A stretch of 64,000 nucleotides of DNA from an uncultured Verrucomicrobiota bacterium (GTDB lineage Bacteria > Verrucomicrobiota > Kiritimatiellia > RFP12 > UBA1067): the NCBI GenBank assembly GCA_946610035.1, contig CAMOCC010000003.1, positions 3,713 to 67,712 of the forward strand. Direction: 5' to 3'. The notes under the pieces were generated by a model. The model was not told where the DNA came from and did no database searches. It saw nothing but the letters and a program-made list of their open reading frames with translations. Positions within the stretch are counted from its first letter, which is position 1; every line of letters starts with the position of its first letter. Both the position numbers and the translations under genes were made by a program. Shown one piece after another: positions 35,180 to 43,136 of the stretch.

Positions 35180-36349
35180 ATGCGAACGCTCAATTTCAAG
35201 CTGATCCGAAGCGTGGCGTGCCTCTGCGTGCCGACCGCCGTCGTAATCGCGCTGGCCGTTCGCTTCTACATCATGGACGTTCCCAGGATTACCGAGGGCG
35301 AGCGCAAGAGGGTCGCGTCCGAATGCGAGGAGGTGGCCAACGGACTTCTTGAAGATCCCGGCAGGGCGGACTTCGCATGGCGGCGCGGAGCGGGCGTCGA
35401 AAAGGGAGGCGAGGCGTATGCGCGGCTCTTCCCGTCCGAGATGACGTGGAAGGACTGGCCCACCAGGGGCCCGGTGAAGAAGCGCGAGCGCTGGGGATGG
35501 CGCAAAGTCCCCGAGGGGCGCATCGTATGGGTGCGCGACACAAGAAGGGGCGGGGACGACGACGTCGTCTACGGCAGGTTGACACACATCGAACCTGTGG
35601 CGTACAAGATGATGTTCATCTGTTTCGGCGGTTTCGCGCTCTTCGTCCTCGTCGGCATCACCCTGGTGGGGGCCAAGTACCTCATCGACTATGTAAAGGC
35701 GAGGGACGATTTCATGTCCGCCACCGCCCACGACCTCGCAACCCCGCTTGTCGGGATGCGCTTCTTGATAGGCCGCGACGACGTCGAGGCGAAGAACCTG
35801 AACGAGCGGATGATAAGGCTGGTCGAAAACATCAAGGACTTCATGCGCCTTGGCGGACGCCGACGCAGCCCCGTCCCCGTAGAGTTCGACCTGAAGAGGG
35901 CGTACGACGAGGCGTACACCCTCTTCAGGGAGGACTACAGGGATCTTTTCGACGGACGCGACGTGGAGGTCGTGCTGCCGCCCGCCGACGACCCGGGCAC
36001 CAGGGTCGTCGCAGACGAGACCATGACCGTCCAGATACTCTGGAATCTTCTCGGCAACGATCTCAAGTACGCCGCCCCCTTCGGGAGCGTGAAGGTTGTC
36101 TTCAGAAGGGAGGGTGGCCGCGTTGCCGTCGACTTCATCGACGAGGGAAAGGGCATGTCCCGACGTCAGATGGCAAAGGCGTTCGACAGGTTCTACAGGG
36201 CGAAGACTGTGCTTGAGTCCGGGAAGGGCGGCTTCGGCATCGGACTTTGCACTGCGCGCGAGTTCGCCGTCGCCATGGGCGGGACGCTGACGGTCCGGGC
36301 CAACACGCCCCGCGGCTGCATTTTCACGCTGACCCTTCCAGCCTCCTGA
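35180..36349 (+). CDS. Membrane sensor histidine kinase
   Basis: Start MRTLNFKLIRS at 35180. Two TM segments. H-box FMSATAHDLATPL. HATPase_c N/G boxes (LGNDLKY, GGFGIGL). Confidence 0.85.
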   Translation: MRTLNFKLIRSVACLCVPTAVVIALAVRFYIMDVPRITEGERKRVASECEEVANGLLEDPGRADFAWRRGAGVEKGGEAYARLFPSEMTWKDWPTRGPVKKRERWGWRKVPEGRIVWVRDTRRGGDDDVVYGRLTHIEPVAYKMMFICFGGFALFVLVGITLVGAKYLIDYVKARDDFMSATAHDLATPLVGMRFLIGRDDVEAKNLNERMIRLVENIKDFMRLGGRRRSPVPVEFDLKRAYDEAYTLFREDYRDLFDGRDVEVVLPPADDPGTRVVADETMTVQILWNLLGNDLKYAAPFGSVKVVFRREGGRVAVDFIDEGKGMSRRQMAKAFDRFYRAKTVLESGKGGFGIGLCTAREFAVAMGGTLTVRANTPRGCIFTLTLPAS

Positions 36350-36394
36350 CCTTCGCCGCGCCGAGTTGCCAGGAGCCTCGTGCAAGAGGGTGCG

Positions 36395-36750
36395 ATAACT
36401 CAAACTATCGACTAACGACTTACAACTAACGACTCCTTTCAATTTACATTTTACATTTCCGTGTCCCGCGAATGCGGGCGTCCGTGTATTCCGTGGTTAT
36501 AAACCGTAAAAGAAGTTTACACTACATTCCCATCCACGTCGTTTCTTGTTCCGTCGCGGAGCGACGGAACCCACTGTGACGCCCGGTTGTCACAAGTTAC
36601 TGCTGTAGGGGGTTGCGTCGCTCCGCGACACAACAAATAAGGGCATGGAGCAATCGACCCCATCCACATCGTTTCTTGTTCCGTCGCGGAGCGACGGAAC
36701 CCCCTATAATGTGCCCTTGCAATAGTCGTTAGTCGATAGTCGTTAGTTAT
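36395..36750. repeat. REP/BIME-like or MITE-like palindrome cluster bounded by ~26-bp imperfect inverted repeats
   Basis: Flank 36395-36420 (ataactcaaactatcgactaacgact) versus the reverse complement of 36722-36750. 44-bp direct repeats at 36529-36572 and 36659-36702 (1 mismatch), each with the perfect hairpin gttccgtcgc-gga-gcgacggaac. A related copy in inverse orientation at 36608-36640. An extra hairpin at 36575-36594. Confidence 0.75.
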
Positions 36751-36845
36751 GGTTTAGGGGGGGGGGAGGTTTCCTAACCCAACTTTCTAAACCTTCGTGC
36801 TGCAAAATGATAGGCGACATGGCACTACACAAGTCGGCAATAATT

Positions 36846-36854
36846 TGGTATAAT
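36846..36854 (+). promoter_or_regulatory. Extended -10 promoter TGGTATAAT; apparent leaderless nadE
   Basis: Motif at 36846-36854, with the ATG at 36863 (8-nt gap). Confidence 0.55.
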
Positions 36855-36862
36855 CATGGCAA

Positions 36863-38773
36863 ATGAATGATTTTCTTAGAGTTGCGGCTGCGGTCCCGCA
36901 AGTGAGGCCGTGCGATGTCGGTGGCAATACGGCGAGCGTGAAGCGCATTTTGGAGGCGTCTGTGCGCGAGGGCGTCGACGTCGTCGTGTTCCCCGAACTT
37001 TGCATCACGGGATATACATGTGCGGACCTTTTCTACACGCCGTCGCTTCTTGATGATTCCGAAAGGGCGCTCGCGTCGCTCGTCGAGGCGTCCGCAAAGC
37101 CGGGGACGCCGGTCTTCGCCGTCGGGCTGCCCGTGCGAATCGGCGGGCGGATATTCAACTGCGCGGCGGTCGTCTCGGGCGGACGTCTACGCGGGCTCGT
37201 CCCGAAGACGTATCTTCCAAGCACCCACGAATTCTACGAGGCGCGCTGGTTCGCAAGCGCGCTCGAGGCGACGGATCCCGAGGCGACGCTTGCCGGCTTC
37301 ACCGTCCCGTTCGGTAACGACCTCGTCTTCGACGCCGGCGACGGGGCGGTGATCGGCGTCGAGATATGCGAGGACATGTGGACGGCGAATCCTCCGTCCA
37401 CGCGGCTCACACTGCGCGGCGCGAACGTCGTCCTCAACCTGAGCGCCTCCAACGAACTTGTCGGCAAGACCGAGTACAGGAAGTCGCTTGTCGCCGGACA
37501 GTCCGCGCGCTGCATTGCGGCGTATGTGTACGCGGGCGCGGGAGTCGGTGAGTCCACGACCGACCTCGTGTTCGGCGGGCACACGCTCATCGCGGAGAAC
37601 GGTGCGCTTCTCGCAGAGGGGGAGCGTTTCGGACGGGAGGAGCGCTTTACGACGGCGGACGTCGACGTCGGCTTCCTCGACTTCGAAAGGTCCGCCAACT
37701 ACGCGTTCCGCAACGCGGCGACGACGGTGGGGACGGTCCGCAGGGTGGACCTGGGAGCGCCCGCGCGCCCCGGGCGCGCGGAGTTGAGGAGGTCCGTCGA
37801 CGCGCACCCCTTCGTCCCGGATGCGGCGGCGGACCGCAATGCGCGGTGCAGGGAGATACTTGCAATACAGTCTACCGGACTCGCCACGCGCCTTTCGGCG
37901 ATAGGGTGCAGGGACGTCGTAATCGGGCTTTCGGGCGGGCTCGACAGCGCTCTCGCGCTTCTCGTCTGCGTCGAGGCGTTCGACAGGCTCGGCCTCGACA
38001 GAAAGGGCGTCCACGCCTTCACCATGCCCGGGTTCGGGACTACGAAGCGGACGAAGGGCAATGCGGAGATCCTGTGCGAGGGTTTGGGAGTTCCGCTGGA
38101 GACGATAGACATAACCGCGATGTCCCGCAGGCACCTCGCCGACCTCGGGCGCGACGAGTCGGTCAAGGACATAACGTACGAGAACACGCAGGCGCGCGGA
38201 CGCACGTACATCCTCATGGACAAGGCGAATCAGCTTGGCGGACTCGTCATCGGGACGGGAGACCTTTCCGAACTCGCGCTTGGATGGTGCACCTACAACG
38301 GCGACCACATGAGCATGTACGGGGTCAATGCGGGCGTCCCGAAGACGCTGGTGAAGTACATCGTCAAGTGGTACGCGGAAGAACGCTGCCGTGAGGGGTC
38401 CGCCGCGAGCAGGGCGTTGACCGACATCCTTGCGACGCCTGTGTCGCCCGAGCTCCTGCCGGCGAAGGCCGACGGCACGATAGCGCAGGTGACGGAGGAC
38501 AAGGTCGGCCCCTACGAACTGCACGACTTCTTCCTCTACCACTTCGTCCGCCGCGGCGCACCGAAGGAGAAGATCCGCCGCCTGGCGGAGATTGCGTTCA
38601 ATGGCGTCTACGAAGCCGGGTTCATCGCAAAGTGGCTTGATGTCTTCATGCGCAGGTTCTACTCGCAGCAGTTCAAGCGCAGCTGCATGCCGGACGGACC
38701 GAAGGTCGGAAGCATAAACCTTTCACCGCGCGGCGACTGGAGGATGCCGAGCGATGCGGGAGGCATGAGGTAG
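36863..38773 (+). CDS. nadE: Glutamine-dependent NAD+ synthetase
   Basis: 636 aa. N-terminal CN-hydrolase domain. PP-loop GLSGGLDSALAL. Confidence 0.9.
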   Translation: MNDFLRVAAAVPQVRPCDVGGNTASVKRILEASVREGVDVVVFPELCITGYTCADLFYTPSLLDDSERALASLVEASAKPGTPVFAVGLPVRIGGRIFNCAAVVSGGRLRGLVPKTYLPSTHEFYEARWFASALEATDPEATLAGFTVPFGNDLVFDAGDGAVIGVEICEDMWTANPPSTRLTLRGANVVLNLSASNELVGKTEYRKSLVAGQSARCIAAYVYAGAGVGESTTDLVFGGHTLIAENGALLAEGERFGREERFTTADVDVGFLDFERSANYAFRNAATTVGTVRRVDLGAPARPGRAELRRSVDAHPFVPDAAADRNARCREILAIQSTGLATRLSAIGCRDVVIGLSGGLDSALALLVCVEAFDRLGLDRKGVHAFTMPGFGTTKRTKGNAEILCEGLGVPLETIDITAMSRRHLADLGRDESVKDITYENTQARGRTYILMDKANQLGGLVIGTGDLSELALGWCTYNGDHMSMYGVNAGVPKTLVKYIVKWYAEERCREGSAASRALTDILATPVSPELLPAKADGTIAQVTEDKVGPYELHDFFLYHFVRRGAPKEKIRRLAEIAFNGVYEAGFIAKWLDVFMRRFYSQQFKRSCMPDGPKVGSINLSPRGDWRMPSDAGGMR

Positions 38774-39020
38774 GAGGTTCATGGAAGAATGAAAACTGTG
38801 TTGTTCTTTGCATCTGCGACGCGTCAGTCGTGCCGCAAGAGGCGGGGCGCTTCCGTACTTCCGCAACGTCCGCATCCGCAGCCTCCGCGGCAAGGCCAAG
38901 GCGGACAATTGAGTCCTTTATAAAGGGTTGACGCAATGAAATTCCGGAATGCGACGCTGGCAGGGACGCGTCATCCTTAAATGGTATTTTGACTACTTTC
39001 CGCACTCTGAAAATTCGCTA

Positions 39021-39050
39021 TTGCCGCATTAGAGGGTTTAATGGTATAAT
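39021..39050 (+). promoter_or_regulatory. Promoter of glgB (-35 TTGCCG, 18-nt spacer, TGGTATAAT)
   Basis: TTGCCG at 39021-39026 and TGgTATAAT at 39042-39050. SD GGAGGA before the ATG at 39086. Confidence 0.55.
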
Positions 39051-39085
39051 ACGAATATACAATAAAAATCTTCTACGGAGGAACC

Positions 39086-41128
39086 ATGGCTAGACTTCTC
39101 GACGATGCGTATCTGAAACCCTTCGAAAAGGCGATTCGCGGTCGTGCCGAACATGCGTATGCAAGGGCGCGCGAGCTTACATGCGGCGCGGAGTCACTTG
39201 CCGACTGGGCGCAGGCGCACGAGTTCTACGGCCTTCACCGCACCAAGGGTGGGTGGGTGTTCCGCGAATGGGCGCCGAACGCGACCAGCATGTGGCTCGT
39301 AGGGGACTTCTCCGGCTGGAAGATCGACCCCAGGTACGAGCTTTCCCGGATCCCCGGCACGGGCAAGTGGGGGCGCGAGTTCCCGGCTGACGCCTTCAAG
39401 CACGGCGACAACTACCGCCTTGAGATGCGCTGGGAAGGGGGGCGCGGCGAGCGCATCCCCGCATACGCGCGGTATGTCGTACAGGATCCGCAGACCAAGC
39501 TCTTCTCGGCCCAGGTGTGGGATCCTCCGAAGAAGTTCCGCTGGCAGCACTCCCCCGCCCCCAGTCGCGGCGACCCCGCCGCCAAGAAGCGCGCCGCGGC
39601 ATTCGTCCCGACCATATACGAGGCGCACGTCGGCATGGGCGGCGAGGAGGAGAGGCTCCACACATACGCCGAGTTCAGGGACAACGTACTGCCGCGCATC
39701 AAGAAGGCCGGCTACAACACCGTCCAGCTCATGGCCGTCATGGAGCATCCGTACTACGGCAGCTTCGGCTACCACGTAAGCTCCTTCTTCGCCGCGTCCT
39801 CGCGCTTCGGCACGCCCGACGACCTCAAGTCGCTCATCGACACGGCGCACGGGATGGGTCTCAAGGTCATAATGGACCTCGTCCACTCGCACGCCGTGAA
39901 GAACGAGCGCGACGGCCTGTCCCTCTTCGACGGCACCGACTACCAGTACTTCCACTCGGGCGCGAAGGGCTGGCACACCGCGTGGGACAGCCGCTGCTTC
40001 GACTACGGGAAGACGGACGTCATACACTTCCTCCTCTCGAACTGCCGCTTCTGGCTCGACGAGTACCGCTTCGACGGCTACCGCTTCGACGGAGTGACGT
40101 CGATGCTGTTCTGGGACCACGGCCTCGGCGACGCCTTCACCAACTACGGCATGTACTTCAACGGCTCCATGGACGACGACGCGTGGTGCTACCTGCAGAT
40201 GGCGAACCGCGTCATCCACGAGGTGAACCCCGAGGCGATAACGATCGCCGAGGACGTGTCCGGCATGCCGGGCTGCGCCGCGCCGATGGAGGACTGCGGC
40301 ATCGGCTTCGACTACCGCATGGCGATGGGCGAGCCGGACTTCTGGTTCAGGCTGGCGGACACGGTCCGCGACGAAGACTGGCCGATGGGCGGGCTCTTCT
40401 GGGAGCTGACCAACAAGCGCGCGGAGGAGAAGGTCGTAAGCTACGTCGAGTCCCACGACCAGGCGCTCGTCGGCGGGAAGACGTTCTTCTTCCAGCTTGC
40501 GGACGCTGCGATCTACTGGGGGATGCGCCAGGACCAGCACGGACTTGAGGTCGAGCGCGCGATAGCGCTCCACAAGATGGCCCGCCTTGCGACGTTCTCG
40601 CTCAACGGAGGCGCGTACCTGAACTTCATGGGCAACGAGTTCGGCCACCCCGAGTGGATCGACTTCCCGCGCCTGGAGAACGGATGGAGCTACCACCATG
40701 CGCGCCGCCAGTGGTCGCTGCGCGACAATCCTGAGCTCCGGTTCAAGGCGCTCGGCGACTTCGACGAGTTGATGCTTGCGGAGCTCAAGTCCGCCCTCAA
40801 GCCGCGCGGACGCGGCAGGCAGCTGCGTCCGATAAAGCTCGTCGCCAACGAGTCGGACAAGGTGCTTGCGTACATACGCGGCGAACTGCTGTTCGTGTTC
40901 AACTTCCATCCCACCAAGTCGTTCACGGACTACGGCATCATCGTCCCGCCGGCGACGAAGTGGAAGCACCTCTTCGACACGGACGAGTCGCGCTTCGGCG
41001 GACAGGGCCGCATTGCGGAGAAGATGGTCTACGGGCCTGCTCTTGTCGACGACGGGAAGGAGCTCGTCCAGCAGATCAAGCTCTACCTGCCGTCGCGCAC
41101 CGCCCTGGTCCTGCGCCACGCGCGCTAG
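39086..41128 (+). CDS. glgB: 1,4-alpha-glucan branching enzyme, eukaryote-like GH13_8 type
   Basis: IYEAHVGM...LPRIKKAGYNTVQLMAVMEHPYYGSFGYHVSSFFAASSRFGTPDDLK...DLVHSH and DGYRFDGVTSM closely parallel the eukaryotic GBE1-type motifs. Confidence 0.88.
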   Translation: MARLLDDAYLKPFEKAIRGRAEHAYARARELTCGAESLADWAQAHEFYGLHRTKGGWVFREWAPNATSMWLVGDFSGWKIDPRYELSRIPGTGKWGREFPADAFKHGDNYRLEMRWEGGRGERIPAYARYVVQDPQTKLFSAQVWDPPKKFRWQHSPAPSRGDPAAKKRAAAFVPTIYEAHVGMGGEEERLHTYAEFRDNVLPRIKKAGYNTVQLMAVMEHPYYGSFGYHVSSFFAASSRFGTPDDLKSLIDTAHGMGLKVIMDLVHSHAVKNERDGLSLFDGTDYQYFHSGAKGWHTAWDSRCFDYGKTDVIHFLLSNCRFWLDEYRFDGYRFDGVTSMLFWDHGLGDAFTNYGMYFNGSMDDDAWCYLQMANRVIHEVNPEAITIAEDVSGMPGCAAPMEDCGIGFDYRMAMGEPDFWFRLADTVRDEDWPMGGLFWELTNKRAEEKVVSYVESHDQALVGGKTFFFQLADAAIYWGMRQDQHGLEVERAIALHKMARLATFSLNGGAYLNFMGNEFGHPEWIDFPRLENGWSYHHARRQWSLRDNPELRFKALGDFDELMLAELKSALKPRGRGRQLRPIKLVANESDKVLAYIRGELLFVFNFHPTKSFTDYGIIVPPATKWKHLFDTDESRFGGQGRIAEKMVYGPALVDDGKELVQQIKLYLPSRTALVLRHAR

Positions 41129-41188
41129 CCGGGCGCGGGCACAATGCCAGGAGGGGCGTGCGTCAAATCCACAGGGAGCTCAACTACC

Positions 41189-41809
41189 ATGACAACAATT
41201 CTCTCTCATCCGCTTGTTCGGCACCGGATCACATTGCTGCGCGATCGCGCCACTCCGCCCAAGCTCTTCCGCGAGCTTGTCGGCGAAATAACGGAGTTCC
41301 TCGCCTACGAGGCGCTGGGGGATGTCAAGACGCGGGAGGTCGACGTCGAGACCCCCGTCGCCAATACGCGAGGGGCCAGGATCGACGAGAGAATCGTCCT
41401 CGTGCCGATTCTGCGCGCCGGAATGGGCATGCTCGACGCGATGCTGCACGTCCTTCCGTACGCGAAGGTGGGTGTGCTAGGCATGCAGCGAGACGAGTCT
41501 ACCGCCGAGCCTGTTCCATATTATGCGAAAGTGCCGCCGGCGAAGGGCGACGAGCTGGCGCTCGTCATCGACCCGATGCTGGCGACAGGCGGCAGCGCCT
41601 GCGATGCCGTCCAGCAGCTCAAGAAACTCGGATACGTTCGCATCAAGTTCCTGAGCCTCATCGCCGCGCCGGAGGGCATAGCCCGCTTCGAGCGGAATCA
41701 TCCGGACGTCCCCGTCTTCTCGGCGGCGAAGGACGAGCGACTCAACTCCCACTTCTACATCGTGCCCGGACTCGGCGACGCCGGCGATCGCATCTTCGGG
41801 ACTCTTTGA
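41189..41809 (+). CDS. upp: Uracil phosphoribosyltransferase
   Basis: MTTILSHPLVRHRITLLRD... and the PRPP-binding block LVIDPMLATGGS. SD AGGGAG upstream of the ATG at 41189. Confidence 0.9.
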   Translation: MTTILSHPLVRHRITLLRDRATPPKLFRELVGEITEFLAYEALGDVKTREVDVETPVANTRGARIDERIVLVPILRAGMGMLDAMLHVLPYAKVGVLGMQRDESTAEPVPYYAKVPPAKGDELALVIDPMLATGGSACDAVQQLKKLGYVRIKFLSLIAAPEGIARFERNHPDVPVFSAAKDERLNSHFYIVPGLGDAGDRIFGTL

Positions 41810-41832
41810 CCATAGCCACGTGGGTGTAGATT

Positions 41833-41841
41833 TGATATAAT
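41833..41841 (+). promoter_or_regulatory. Extended -10 promoter TGATATAAT; apparent leaderless start
   Basis: Motif at 41833-41841, with the ATG at 41850 (8-nt gap). Confidence 0.55.
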
Positions 41842-41849
41842 ATACACCC

Positions 41850-43136
41850 ATGAGAAAACTGCCATTTGACAAGAACTGGATCGAGAAGACCGCCGAAAAG
41901 TGGCCTACTCCCTTTCACGTGTACGACGCAGCCGCCATTCGCGCCAATGCAAGGCGGCTTAAGGCCGCCTTCGCCTGGAACGAGGGCTTTCGCGAATACT
42001 TCGCCGTCAAGGCCGCTCCCAACCCGCACTTGATGAAGCTCCTCAAGGAGTTCGGCTTCGGAAGCGACTGCTCCTCCATGGCCGAGCTTGTCCTGGCAGA
42101 GAAGGTCGGCAATACGGGCGAACTCATAATGTTCACCTCCAACGACACCCCCGCCGAGGAGTTCAGGAAGGCGTGGGAGCTCGGGGCCATCGTGAACCTC
42201 GACGATATCAGCCACTGGCCGTACTTTGTGGAGGCGGTTGGCGGTGGGAGTTCCGGCGCACCGGCATCCAGACATGTGGAGTTTGGGAACGCCCTCTTTT
42301 GCTGCCGCTACAACCCCGGGCCGTTGAAGGGCGGAAACGCCATCATCGGGAAGCCCGAGGAGGCGAAGTACGGCATGACGCGCGAGCAGCTCTTCGACTG
42401 CTATGCGCAGATGAAGGCCGCTGGCGTGAAGCGCTTCGGGCTCCACACCATGGTCGCCTCGAACGAACTCGATCCCGAGTACATCATCGACACGGCGAAG
42501 CTCCTCTTCCAGCTTGCGGGCGAAATCCACGAGAAGGTCGGAATCGACTTCGAATTCGTCAACATCGGCGGCGGAATAGGCATCCCGTACCGTCCCGACC
42601 AGAAGGCGATGGACCTCGAGCGCGTCGGCGCTGGCATCCACGCCGCCTACGACGAGCTGGTGGTCGCGAAGGGGTTGAAGCCCATCAGGCTCTACATGGA
42701 GTGCGGAAGGTGCATTACGGGTCCGTACGGCTACCTCGTCGCCAAGGTCCGCCACATCAAGGACACCTACCGCAAGTACGTCGGGCTCGATGCGTGCATG
42801 AGCAACTTGATGCGTCCCGCCCTCTACGGCGCCTACCACGAGATAGTCGTCCCCGGCAAGGAGAACGAACCGCAGACGGAGGTCTACGACGTCACGGGTT
42901 CGCTCTGCGAGAACAACGACAAGTTCGCCATACAGCGTCCGCTCCCGCACATCGTCCCCGGCGACTACGTCGTCATCTGCGATGCGGGCGCGCACGGGCA
43001 CGCCATGGGCTTCCAGTACAACGGCAAGCTCAGGAGCGCCGAACTCCTCCTCGAGGAGGACGGCTCGGTCCGCCAGATCCGCCGCGCCGAGACGCTCGAC
43101 GACTACTTCGCGACACTTGACTTCGAGGGACTGTGA
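41850..43136 (+). CDS. Type III PLP-dependent decarboxylase (diaminopimelate/ornithine decarboxylase family)
   Basis: TPFHVYD...YFAVKAAPN (PLP Lys)...GSDCSSMAEL and the later GGG.G.PY block. 428 aa. Confidence 0.75.
   Translation: MRKLPFDKNWIEKTAEKWPTPFHVYDAAAIRANARRLKAAFAWNEGFREYFAVKAAPNPHLMKLLKEFGFGSDCSSMAELVLAEKVGNTGELIMFTSNDTPAEEFRKAWELGAIVNLDDISHWPYFVEAVGGGSSGAPASRHVEFGNALFCCRYNPGPLKGGNAIIGKPEEAKYGMTREQLFDCYAQMKAAGVKRFGLHTMVASNELDPEYIIDTAKLLFQLAGEIHEKVGIDFEFVNIGGGIGIPYRPDQKAMDLERVGAGIHAAYDELVVAKGLKPIRLYMECGRCITGPYGYLVAKVRHIKDTYRKYVGLDACMSNLMRPALYGAYHEIVVPGKENEPQTEVYDVTGSLCENNDKFAIQRPLPHIVPGDYVVICDAGAHGHAMGFQYNGKLRSAELLLEEDGSVRQIRRAETLDDYFATLDFEGL

Noticed and set aside
36529-36702. Possible mini-CRISPR array (repeated palindromic 44-mers).
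   Set aside because: There are only two direct copies, 130 bp apart, with a related copy in inverted orientation between them. The spacer length is atypical and there are no cas genes in the window. This fits REP/BIME or MITE better.
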